This document shows, piece after piece, positions 28,404 to 36,957 of a stretch of 64,000 nucleotides of DNA. The stretch lies in IMG/VR virus record IMGVR_UViG_3300020187_003193, one strand, 5' to 3'. This DNA comes from a virus. Position 1 is the stretch's first letter; the number at the start of each line of letters is the position of its first letter. The position numbers were made by a program, and so were the translations under genes. The notes beneath the pieces were generated by a model. It saw only the letters and a program-made list of their open reading frames with translations. It was not told the DNA's origin and did not search any database.

Positions 28404-28473
28404 AAAATAAGTAGGAATATTAGATTAAATATTATATATTACAATATAAACAAAATAAAATAAAGTTATACAA

Positions 28474-29196
28474 ATGTCCGAAAATAAACAAGCAACAGAT
28501 CTTACTATTACAGATGATCTAAAACCAATTTTATCAATTTTAAAAGAAGAAGATGCTAAAGCCATAATAGCATTACAAGAAGAATTAACAGATACTTGGA
28601 CTAAAAAACAAGTTTTTAGAACTGAAACAGAAATGAGAATTTCAGTTTTGAATGACGGTAAGCACCCCACACAAGCCTCTAAATATTGGCAATCTATAAG
28701 GGAGCAAAATGGTATGTTTGAATCTGTTTTAACAACGGCTTTTGACTTACGTCGAAATACAGTTAAAAGATTAAAATTAGAACGTAAAATGGAAAAGGCT
28801 ATACAGGATGGGGACGAAATTAAACAAATGGAAATCCAAATTGATTTAGATGAAAACTTATATCAAAAAGTGGGAATGGAACAATCTACACATGACCGTA
28901 TTCGCGAAATAAAACTATGGTCTCAAATTAAAGAAGAATTAAATGATGGCTCATTTAATGATAAAGATGTAAATGCCCATCAAGCTGAAACTTTCCAATT
29001 TGCCCTCCAAAATAGAGTTAATTCTTTAGGACCTAACTCAAATCAAGGAGAAGTACTAAATGCTGTAGGTCCCTTACAAACAATAGAAAGATTAAAAACA
29101 GAAGATGGTAAGTTATTAAACTTTAAAGAAGCTAAGGAGGCCTTGCTACTTCAAGCTCAAGAACAACAAAAACAACTAGAACAATCTAAAGAATAG
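28474..29196 (+). CDS. Coiled-coil protein (possible fibre chaperone)
   Basis: 'DTWTKKQVFRTETEMRISVL', 'ASKYWQSIREQ', helical heptads. Confidence 0.75.
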   Translation: MSENKQATDLTITDDLKPILSILKEEDAKAIIALQEELTDTWTKKQVFRTETEMRISVLNDGKHPTQASKYWQSIREQNGMFESVLTTAFDLRRNTVKRLKLERKMEKAIQDGDEIKQMEIQIDLDENLYQKVGMEQSTHDRIREIKLWSQIKEELNDGSFNDKDVNAHQAETFQFALQNRVNSLGPNSNQGEVLNAVGPLQTIERLKTEDGKLLNFKEAKEALLLQAQEQQKQLEQSKE

Positions 29197-29201
29197 ATAA
29201 T

Positions 29202-29789
29202 ATGTTTTTATATTCTAAAGAAGGTGCACTATCACCCGAGTTATGTAACTCTTTTATAGAGACATTTGAAGCATCAGACGAAAAAAAACCTGGTGTTTTG
29301 TATGGAGCTAACGGGCAATCTTCTACAGATTCAAAAAAATCAACTGACATAACATTTCACCCTGGATATTTGCAACACAATATCTGGGGTTCTTTGTTAT
29401 CTCAATTGGTAAAGGTAGTAGAAAAAGGCAAAGAAGACTATATAGTAAGACACCAACTTGCAATGAGCAAGTTAGATCCATTTCAAATGTCACCTTTATT
29501 CAATATGCAAAGATATGAACCTAGTGAAGGCTTTCATGGCTACCATTGTGAAAGAGCTAGTTTAGAATATTCAAATAGAGTGTTGGTTTGGATGATATAC
29601 CTAAATACAGTTACAGATAGAGGAGAAACAGAATTTTATTATCAACATCATTTTGAAACCCCAATACAAGGTAAACTAGTAATATGGCCTTCAGATTGGA
29701 CTTACCTACATAGAGGTATAGCTTCACAAACACAAACAAAATATATCTTAACAGGATGGTATGACCATATTGAAATACCTAAAAATTAA
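29202..29789 (+). CDS. 2OG-Fe(II) oxygenase
   Basis: 'QRYEP', 'HCE', 'MIYLNTV..RGETEF', 'IWPSDWTYLHRG'. Confidence 0.88.
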   Translation: MFLYSKEGALSPELCNSFIETFEASDEKKPGVLYGANGQSSTDSKKSTDITFHPGYLQHNIWGSLLSQLVKVVEKGKEDYIVRHQLAMSKLDPFQMSPLFNMQRYEPSEGFHGYHCERASLEYSNRVLVWMIYLNTVTDRGETEFYYQHHFETPIQGKLVIWPSDWTYLHRGIASQTQTKYILTGWYDHIEIPKN

Positions 29790-29814
29790 AATGTTTTAAA
29801 AATAAATAAATGTT

Positions 29815-30408
29815 ATGTTGAAATTTTACCCAAAACAATCAGTATTATTCCCAACCCCAATGTGGGAGGTACCCATCGAAAATGTTGATAACTTATCAAT
29901 AAAAGAATATATCTTAAAATTAAGACAAACAGATCCCGGAGTAGAAATTTCTAATAAGGGTGGGTGGCATTCCAACGACATACATCACCCTTTACCCCCT
30001 GCTTTAGAAGAACTTATTAGTGATTTAACTCTATTTATAAATGACTATTGTAAGCAAACTACAGATATAGATGATTTAGTATTGGGAAATTGGTGGGTAA
30101 ATATTAATGGGAAAAATGATTACAACATCCCTCATGACCATCAAAATTCTGTACTATCCGCTGTTTATTATGTAGAAGTACCCAACCCTAATACTGGTGA
30201 TCTAATTATTCATAGAGACGATAATTCACGTTTCTTTTTAGGTAAGTATAGAAAAAATAAAACCCATTTTAGTTCACATAGTTATAGTATCTCTCCCAAT
30301 ACAGGACAAGTAATAATTTTTCCCTCTTGGATGAAACACTCTGTAGAAAAAAATAATTCAGATGCTGAGCGCATTTCTATTGCATTTAATTTTGTAATAC
30401 AAGGTTAA
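29815..30408 (+). CDS. 2OG-Fe(II) oxygenase (TIGR02466 type)
   Basis: 'SNKGGWHS', 'WVNIN', 'HDH..SVLSAVYY', 'IFPSWMKHSV', 'RISIAFN'. Confidence 0.88.
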   Translation: MLKFYPKQSVLFPTPMWEVPIENVDNLSIKEYILKLRQTDPGVEISNKGGWHSNDIHHPLPPALEELISDLTLFINDYCKQTTDIDDLVLGNWWVNINGKNDYNIPHDHQNSVLSAVYYVEVPNPNTGDLIIHRDDNSRFFLGKYRKNKTHFSSHSYSISPNTGQVIIFPSWMKHSVEKNNSDAERISIAFNFVIQG

Positions 30409-30453
30409 ATCATTATATTAGTAAAATTATACACTATTAAATTTTAATTTATT

Positions 30454-31095
30454 ATGCCAATCGATTATCAAATCCACGGAATATTTCCAACACCAATTTT
30501 AACTACCATCCTCCCCCAGGAATTAGGAGAGGTTGTACCTTGGTTTTACAAACAAGAAATGGAAACTGACAAAGAAAGCAGTGAAGAGTATGGTGAACGT
30601 TCTAAAAATAGTTATATATTAAATGAACCTGAATGTGCCCAATTAGGAAATTATATATTAAATATAGCCTACGAATTTGGCAAAACCTCAGGATTTGATT
30701 ATAACTCATACAAATTCAGCCAATCCTGGATATCCTATAAATACCCAGGCCAATACCATACGGTACATACTCACCCAAATAGTCTAATTTCAGGAGTACT
30801 TTATTTTGGAGAACCTGTAGAAGAAACACCAGCAGTAAAATTTCATAAACCTATAATGGGTGTGAATGTTTCTCATATATCTCCTAAAATGTTAGCAGAT
30901 AAAAGAGAATCAAAATATGCTTGGTCTGAATTCTCTGTAGAATTTACACCTGGTCTTTTGCTTCTATTTCCATCCCATTTACATCATTCAGTTCCTTTAA
31001 ATAAAACAGATACTACACGTTGTAGTTTAGCATTCAATATTGTACCATCAATTGGATTGGGAAATGAAGAATCACTAACAGAACTTAAATTTTAA
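30454..31095 (+). CDS. 2OG-Fe(II) oxygenase (TIGR02466 type)
   Basis: 'QSW', 'HTHPNSLISGVLY', 'LFPSHLHHSV', 'SLAFN'. Confidence 0.88.
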   Translation: MPIDYQIHGIFPTPILTTILPQELGEVVPWFYKQEMETDKESSEEYGERSKNSYILNEPECAQLGNYILNIAYEFGKTSGFDYNSYKFSQSWISYKYPGQYHTVHTHPNSLISGVLYFGEPVEETPAVKFHKPIMGVNVSHISPKMLADKRESKYAWSEFSVEFTPGLLLLFPSHLHHSVPLNKTDTTRCSLAFNIVPSIGLGNEESLTELKF

Positions 31096-31096
31096 A

Positions 31097-31978
31097 ATGG
31101 AGGAAAAATACTTTATTTGGCACATACAAGGAGGCTTAGGTAAAAATATAGCAGGGTCTGCTTTAGTAAAAACCATTAAAAATACTTATCCTGATAGAAA
31201 GCTCATTATGGTGACCTCTTGGCCAGAAATATATCTAAACAACCCAGATGTAGATAGAGTATATCAATTAGGTCAATCTCCCTATTTTTATGAAGACTAT
31301 ATCGAAGGTAAAGATGTAATTATATCTAAACACGAGCCCTATCATCAAACAACCCATATTACAAAAGAAAAACACTTACTTGAAAATTGGTGTGATCTAA
31401 TGGGATTAAAATATACAGGACAATTACCTGTTATTATACCAAATTATGCTCAAGGTCTACTTTTAGGTTTATGGCAAAGACAAAAACCCATTATGGTTAT
31501 CCAATCTGGAGGAGGACCAATGGAAGGCCAAAGATATTCATATTCTTGGACAAGGGATATTCCAATTGAAGTAGCACAAGAAATAGTTAAAAAATTTTCT
31601 CAACAATACCACATTATACAAATCACAAGACCCGATGGATATCAACTGGAAGGTGTAGAACGAATAGATCAGAAAATGTCTAATATGGAATTATTTTCTT
31701 TACTTGTTGTCTCTAAAAAACGTGTATTAATAGATTCAAGTTTACAACACGCATCTGCTGCTTTAAACTTAAAATCAACAGTTCTATGGATAGGAACTTC
31801 ACCTAAAGTATTTGGGTATGAAATGCATACTAATGTAGAGGCAAAATTACCTAAAAGAGCAAATCAACTTATAGGCTCGTACACATTTGATTTTCAATTT
31901 GAAAATAATATGCATGAGTGCCCTTATATGAATATTAATGACATTTTGGATATTAATTTAGTATTATCTTCTATATAA
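31097..31978 (+). CDS. GT9/heptosyltransferase-like glycosyltransferase
   Basis: 'GGLGKNI', 'YLNNPDVDRV', 'IIQI', 'LIDSSLQHASAAL', 'VLW..TSP..FGY'. Confidence 0.7.
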   Translation: MEEKYFIWHIQGGLGKNIAGSALVKTIKNTYPDRKLIMVTSWPEIYLNNPDVDRVYQLGQSPYFYEDYIEGKDVIISKHEPYHQTTHITKEKHLLENWCDLMGLKYTGQLPVIIPNYAQGLLLGLWQRQKPIMVIQSGGGPMEGQRYSYSWTRDIPIEVAQEIVKKFSQQYHIIQITRPDGYQLEGVERIDQKMSNMELFSLLVVSKKRVLIDSSLQHASAALNLKSTVLWIGTSPKVFGYEMHTNVEAKLPKRANQLIGSYTFDFQFENNMHECPYMNINDILDINLVLSSI

Positions 31979-32004
31979 TTTTTTATCTCCTATTTTATTT
32001 TTTC

Positions 32005-32012
32005 ATATTTAT
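32005..32012 (+). promoter_or_regulatory. Putative late promoter motif ATATTTAT
   Basis: Upstream of first propeller gene. Confidence 0.5.
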
Positions 32013-32036
32013 CACTAGATACAAATTTATTCAAAA

Positions 32037-32969
32037 ATGGCTAATTTACAAAGTACTACTATAACAGGAGCAATAAAAGTAGGAACCACCGCTAATACCT
32101 CTAATGCAGGAAATATATGGTTTGATACATCTGCTAACAAATTAAAATATTCATATACCGCCTTTAATGCCGGAACATGGTCAGCAGGAACTACCATGAG
32201 CTGTCAAAGAAATTGGATTGGAGGAGCTGGCCAACAAAATGCAGGTTTAATTTTTAATGGTAAAGTTGGTAGTGCTAAAACTAATTCTACAGAAGAATAT
32301 AATGGCTCCTCATGGTCAAATGGAGGAAATTATCTTATATCAGATTACTTACATAAAGGTACAGGTGAACAAAATGCGGCATTAAGTCACACCTGGATTG
32401 GAACTTCCGTCTGGGAATATAATGGATCTTCTTGGGCTACAGGGGGAACCGATACACAATCAAGACAAGAAGGAGGATTATCAGGACAACAAAATGCAGG
32501 TTTAGCATTTGGAGGATATGCCTGCACTACTTCTGAATATAATGGTTCGTCATGGTCAAATACAACAAATCTCCCATCTAATGCTCTAATAAATTGTATA
32601 GCGGGAGGGGGCCAACAAAACTCATCTGTAACAGTGGGTGGTAGATTACCTTCTACTCTAAGAAATTTAGTTTATCAATACAATGGAAGTACATGGTCCA
32701 CAGGAACAAATTATCCAATAACTGTTGCATCCCCAAAAGTAGCTGCATCAACTTCAGATTCAGCAGTGGCTTGGGGTGGACTTACACCTGCAGCTACTAA
32801 TAAAGCTTATGAATTCGATGGTATAGCGTGGTCTGCTGGAGGAAATATGTCCTGTGCTAAGAGTCATGATGGTGGTGGTGGAACTAGAGCCACGGCCTTC
32901 GCAGCAGAATGTGCTTCTACTGAAGAATGGGTTCAAGGAAGTTCATTTATAACAACTTGCGAATTATAA
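32037..32969 (+). CDS. Kelch-like beta-propeller repeat protein A (putative fibre tip)
   Basis: ~45-aa N-terminal MANLQ domain plus six repeats W-S-x-G...G-x-Q-N-A...E-Y-N-G-S-S. Confidence 0.75.
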   Translation: MANLQSTTITGAIKVGTTANTSNAGNIWFDTSANKLKYSYTAFNAGTWSAGTTMSCQRNWIGGAGQQNAGLIFNGKVGSAKTNSTEEYNGSSWSNGGNYLISDYLHKGTGEQNAALSHTWIGTSVWEYNGSSWATGGTDTQSRQEGGLSGQQNAGLAFGGYACTTSEYNGSSWSNTTNLPSNALINCIAGGGQQNSSVTVGGRLPSTLRNLVYQYNGSTWSTGTNYPITVASPKVAASTSDSAVAWGGLTPAATNKAYEFDGIAWSAGGNMSCAKSHDGGGGTRATAFAAECASTEEWVQGSSFITTCEL

Positions 32970-32989
32970 TATAAATAAAAACTTAACTA

Positions 32990-33940
32990 ATGGCAAATTT
33001 ACAAACAACCACTATAAATGGCTCACTTCACCTGGGAAACTCCCCAGTAACTTCAGATGCGGGTTATGTGTGGTATAATACAAGTTTAAATAAAGTACAA
33101 TATTCTGCGGTACAATATAGTACAGGTACATGGAGTACAGGAGGAAATTTAAGTGTTGCTAGGCATGAACTTGGAGGAGCAGGTACACAAAATGCTGGAT
33201 TAGCCTTTGGTGGTTCAACAATTCTTGCCTGTACAGAGGAATATAATGGTAGTTCATGGGCTACGGGAGGTGCTATGGCTAGAGCTGTTAGAAACACAGG
33301 TACAGGAACTGGCCAACAAAATGCCGCTTTACAATATGGTGGATTTAGTCCCGTTGGTGCTTATACTTGTACACAAGAATATAATGGTTCTTCTTGGTCT
33401 TTTGGAGGAGCCTTTCCTGTAACTGCTGACGACGCTGCCTCAGCTGGTCAACAAAATGCCGCAGTAGGTTTTGGTTTTCGTAATATTTTATGTACTTTTG
33501 AATACAATGGTTCGTCATGGACATGTACAGGTAACTTCCCAGATGCAAGAGAAGGGATGGGAGCTACTGGAGAACAAAATTCTGCAATAGGAACTGGTGG
33601 TTTCCCCTATTCTACTTCCTGTAAAACTTGGATATATGATGGTAGCAGTTGGTCAGAAGGTGCTTGTATGCCTTCTCCAAAATACCAACACGGGATGTCA
33701 GGAAACGTAACTGCAGCAGTTTCTTTTGGAGGAGGTGGATTTCCAGCCCAATGTTCTACTTTTGAATATAATGGATCAACATGGTCAACTGGAGGTAATT
33801 TGTCCTTAGGAAGAGGATATCCATCATCAACAGGTGATTCCGGAGCAGGTTTAGCTGCAGGCGGGAGTACTCCTTCATCCGTATCATGTACCGAAGAATA
33901 TAACCAAACTTGTTCTATAGGTGTAAAAACTATAGGTTAA
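32990..33940 (+). CDS. Kelch-like beta-propeller repeat protein B (paralog)
   Basis: Same N-terminal domain and six repeats as 32037. Confidence 0.75.
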   Translation: MANLQTTTINGSLHLGNSPVTSDAGYVWYNTSLNKVQYSAVQYSTGTWSTGGNLSVARHELGGAGTQNAGLAFGGSTILACTEEYNGSSWATGGAMARAVRNTGTGTGQQNAALQYGGFSPVGAYTCTQEYNGSSWSFGGAFPVTADDAASAGQQNAAVGFGFRNILCTFEYNGSSWTCTGNFPDAREGMGATGEQNSAIGTGGFPYSTSCKTWIYDGSSWSEGACMPSPKYQHGMSGNVTAAVSFGGGGFPAQCSTFEYNGSTWSTGGNLSLGRGYPSSTGDSGAGLAAGGSTPSSVSCTEEYNQTCSIGVKTIG

Positions 33941-33972
33941 ACAAATTATTTATAATATTAAATCATAAAACA

Positions 33973-34122
33973 ATGGCAAATTTACAAACAACAGTTATAA
34001 CAGGTTATCTGGATTTAAGTAATTCTACTCCTGGAAACCAAGTAGGCAATTTGTGGTATGACAGTACTTCAAATACAATGAAAATTACTACTGATACAAG
34101 TGGAAATGGTGTTGATTTATAA
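33973..34122 (+). CDS. 49-aa stub paralog with only the MANLQ N-terminal domain
   Basis: MANLQTTVITG...GNLWYDSTSNTMK; start moved to ATG 33973. Confidence 0.7.
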   Translation: MANLQTTVITGYLDLSNSTPGNQVGNLWYDSTSNTMKITTDTSGNGVDL

Positions 34123-34152
34123 TATTGGTTAGGTAAAACTTTATAAAAAAAT

Positions 34153-34183
34153 TAGGCTCCCATAGGGAGCCTTTTTATATTTA
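34153..34183 (+). promoter_or_regulatory. Promoter P5 overlapping terminator-like hairpin
   Basis: TAGG-N19-TATATTTA; GGCTCCC-ATA-GGGAGCC-TTTTT. Confidence 0.75.
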
Positions 34184-34202
34184 ATCACATAAATAAGTTA
34201 TA

Positions 34203-34553
34203 ATGGATTATAAAGCATTAACAATAGGAATATTATTTTTTATAGCATCTCAAGTTGTAATTTGGTTTCAATCTCACTTACAATTTTTCAATAAATGGGC
34301 AAGTGATAATCCTATATTAATTTCATCTGTAGGAGTAGTTGTATCATATGGGTCAATTATGGCAACAAAACATATAGCTGGGGCGTTTAATGGGTTGGTA
34401 TGGCCTAGTAGATTTATAGGTTTTAGTATTGGTATAATTTTATTTGCGTTTTTAACTTGGATATTTTTAAAAGAACCCTTATCATTAAAGTCATTAACCT
34501 GTATTGCTTTAGCATTTTGTATATTAGCAATACAATTATTTTGGAAAAATTAG
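34203..34553 (+). CDS. Four-TM small membrane protein (DMT/SMR-like)
   Basis: Four hydrophobic helices, 'LKEPLS' before the last. Confidence 0.6.
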   Translation: MDYKALTIGILFFIASQVVIWFQSHLQFFNKWASDNPILISSVGVVVSYGSIMATKHIAGAFNGLVWPSRFIGFSIGIILFAFLTWIFLKEPLSLKSLTCIALAFCILAIQLFWKN

Positions 34554-34556
34554 ATT

Positions 34557-35114
34557 ATGGTACAAGAATATAAACAAATTCTCACACCTGAAGAGTGTCA
34601 ACACGTTATTAACTTAGCATCTCCATACTTAGAACAAGCGGGATTATTAGGTGGTAATGAATTAGACAATTATAGAGTGGCACAAGGTACTTGGTTATTT
34701 GATTATGATACTTTATTACATGAAATAAAAACAATTGTAGCGAGTTTAACTCGTCTACCAATTGAAAATCAAGAAGCACCTCATGTTGTATACTACACTC
34801 AAGGAGGTGAATATAAAGTGCATTATGACTACTTTATTGAAGGTGAAGAATATTATAATGAAGAAGTAGCTAAAGGTGGACAAAGAAGATACAGTGTATT
34901 ATTCTATTTAAATGATGTACCTAAGGGAGGTGAAACGCACTTTCCAAATATAGACCAAACTACCCACCCCGAATTAGGTAAAGTAGTAGTTTGGGATAAC
35001 GTAGATAAAAACGGCGTACCATATAAAGATTCATTGCATGCAGGATTACCTGTAACTGAAGGTGAAAAATGGATATTAATATTCTGGGTCCGAGAAAATA
35101 AATTTACACTTTAA
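34557..35114 (+). CDS. Prolyl 4-hydroxylase-like 2OG-Fe(II) oxygenase
   Basis: 'ENQEAPHVVYY..GGEYKVHYDY', 'GGQR..SVLFYLNDV.KGGETHFP', 'LHAGLPV..GEKW'. Confidence 0.88.
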   Translation: MVQEYKQILTPEECQHVINLASPYLEQAGLLGGNELDNYRVAQGTWLFDYDTLLHEIKTIVASLTRLPIENQEAPHVVYYTQGGEYKVHYDYFIEGEEYYNEEVAKGGQRRYSVLFYLNDVPKGGETHFPNIDQTTHPELGKVVVWDNVDKNGVPYKDSLHAGLPVTEGEKWILIFWVRENKFTL

Positions 35115-35125
35115 TACGAAAATAT

Positions 35126-35156
35126 TTGGCTGCCATAGGCAGCCTTCGTATATTTA
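35126..35156 (+). promoter_or_regulatory. Bacteroidota-type promoter P6
   Basis: TTGG-N19-TATATTTA; GGCTGCC-ATA-GGCAGCC. Confidence 0.8.
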
Positions 35157-35186
35157 CCGAGTTAAAATTATAAAAATATAAAGGTT

Positions 35187-35558
35187 ATGGCAACAGAATT
35201 AGAAAGAGAATTAGCAGAAGCAAGAAAAGTTTACATCGAAGCAATTGACAACGGTGATGAACAAACCGAAAACGAATATGCTGACATTGTATCAGCTATC
35301 GCTAAGTTAATAAACAAAGACAATCAAAGCTTATCTAACTACCAACAATGGTATAGCAAAAATGAACATCCAATAGAGGATTTAGAATGCCCAGGTGAAA
35401 TAATTGCTGACGTTAGAGAATTTGCTAAACACCCTAAGGGCTTTAGCAAGGAAGTAGTTGAAGAATGGAACCAATACTTACCATTTGACTTACATACCAA
35501 ATTAAAAACATATGGTATGGTGGGGAGCGCAAGACTGAACAAAATATTCAAATTGTAA
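35187..35558 (+). CDS. Hypothetical protein
   Basis: TAAAGGTT-ATG after P6. Confidence 0.75.
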   Translation: MATELERELAEARKVYIEAIDNGDEQTENEYADIVSAIAKLINKDNQSLSNYQQWYSKNEHPIEDLECPGEIIADVREFAKHPKGFSKEVVEEWNQYLPFDLHTKLKTYGMVGSARLNKIFKL

Positions 35559-35560
35559 TT

Positions 35561-35968
35561 ATGGAAATAGAATCTAGACCATGGGGTATGTATGAAGTAT
35601 TACTTGATGCTCCCGAATGTAAAGTAAAACGTATAACAGTAGCCCCAGGGCAAAAATTATCCTACCAATACCATACAAAACGTCAAGAACAATGGACAGT
35701 GGTAAAAGGCAATTTAACTATCGTTTTGGATGATGAAAAAATATTTAGAGAAGTAGGCCAATCAATTTTTATACCATTAGGTGCAAAACATAGGGCTTGG
35801 AATGAAACAGATGAAATAGTACAATTTGTTGAAGTACAAACAGGAACTTATTTCGGAGAAGACGATATCATAAGACTAGAAGATGATTATAATAGAGCAG
35901 ATGAAAATCCATTTGAACATTTAGAAGATGGTAACTATATTGGAGGTTTAACAATGCCTAAAAAATAA
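35561..35968 (+). CDS. Mannose-6-phosphate isomerase type II cupin domain
   Basis: 'RPWG.YEVL', 'VKRITVAPGQKLSYQYH..RQEQWTVV.G', 'VEVQTGTYFGEDDIIRLEDDY'. Confidence 0.88.
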   Translation: MEIESRPWGMYEVLLDAPECKVKRITVAPGQKLSYQYHTKRQEQWTVVKGNLTIVLDDEKIFREVGQSIFIPLGAKHRAWNETDEIVQFVEVQTGTYFGEDDIIRLEDDYNRADENPFEHLEDGNYIGGLTMPKK

Positions 35969-35977
35969 TAGAACCTT

Positions 35978-36187
35978 ATGCCTAAAACAGATACACCCGA
36001 AGCAGTATGTCATAAATGTAAAAAACCAGCCGTGGGAAGATACAGCCCGGATTTGGATATAGCGGGTTTGGCATTTTGTGAAGAACATAGAGATTTAATT
36101 GGCGTAGCATTCTATTGTTTAATGACAGATAAAGTAGATGATTTTAACGCCATAATGGGTACAAATTTAGATGTAAACGAGATATGA
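35978..36187 (+). CDS. Small Cys/His protein (possible zinc ribbon)
   Basis: 'CHKC...FCEEH'. Confidence 0.6.
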   Translation: MPKTDTPEAVCHKCKKPAVGRYSPDLDIAGLAFCEEHRDLIGVAFYCLMTDKVDDFNAIMGTNLDVNEI

Positions 36188-36336
36188 GTTTAATTTACAT
36201 GCAATCAACAATTGATCATATATTAACAAATCATCAAGACAAGATGAACGACTTAAATGCGCTTGGAGATCCGGAGCCGGTCGAGTTAATTGATGACAAA
36301 GGTAATGTATTAAATAAGTATTATATATTTAAATAG
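36184..36336 (+). CDS. 50-aa hypothetical protein
   Basis: ATGA-coupled ORF; not in ORF track. Confidence 0.55.
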   Translation: MSLIYMQSTIDHILTNHQDKMNDLNALGDPEPVELIDDKGNVLNKYYIFK

Positions 36337-36338
36337 CA

Positions 36339-36710
36339 ATGGAAGAGTATAGTGTTTATTGGTATGATTTAAGAAATTATAAAGGTAAAGGCATACAACT
36401 CTTTGGCGGTCCAAGATATTGGGGTGTGTTATATAAAGTAGGTCATCAATATGGTTTTGAAGAATCTCGTATTAGAGAAAATGAAGCACGTGAAGGTGAT
36501 TTGGCATGGGTTAAACTATGGGGTGATATTCATTTAATGGGTATAAAACAATTCAAGACAAGAGAACAAGCGATTAAATTCGAAAAAAAAGTACATAGAA
36601 AACTAGGTAAAAAACAATTTTCAATTGCGGAAAAAGTATCGGGTGTAAGTGAATTTAGAATTGGTAATAAACAAAATGAAAAAATATTAAACGAAATATT
36701 TAATAAATAA
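36339..36710 (+). CDS. GIY-YIG/T5orf172-like protein
   Basis: 'YSVY', 'LYKVG...SRI', 'AIKFEKKVHRKL', 'GVSEF'. Confidence 0.55.
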   Translation: MEEYSVYWYDLRNYKGKGIQLFGGPRYWGVLYKVGHQYGFEESRIRENEAREGDLAWVKLWGDIHLMGIKQFKTREQAIKFEKKVHRKLGKKQFSIAEKVSGVSEFRIGNKQNEKILNEIFNK

Positions 36711-36722
36711 ACGGGGCACCAA

Positions 36723-36848
36723 ATGAACCAAAACAAAATAATAAATAAAATACTCGAACTAAAAGCAAATAACGAGGACAAAAAACAAATTCAGTTTCTC
36801 CAGCAGAAATTAGATAAAGCAAATAACAAAACCAATAATAAAAAATAA
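36723..36848 (+). CDS. 41-aa N/K-rich microprotein
   Basis: Open frame between genes; not in ORF track. Confidence 0.45.
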   Translation: MNQNKIINKILELKANNEDKKQIQFLQQKLDKANNKTNNKK

Positions 36849-36860
36849 GTTTATAATATG

Positions 36861-36949
36861 TATACCCGCATAGTGGAGTATGCAATATTAAAAACAAACT
36901 TAAATGCTATTGGTTAGTAGATGCTCCACCATCGAACGCCACTAGCATT
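36861..36949 (+). ncRNA. Candidate kissing-loop RNA in the HNH leader
   Basis: GCATA-[GTGGAG]-TATGC and AATGCTA..TGG..GATG-[CTCCAC]-CATC..CCA.TAGCATT; loops are exact complements. Confidence 0.55.
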
Positions 36950-36957
36950 CTTTTATC

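Noticed and set aside
32037-33940. Diversity-generating retroelement acting on the propellers
   Set aside because: No reverse transcriptase or adenine-specific template/variable repeat pair in the window
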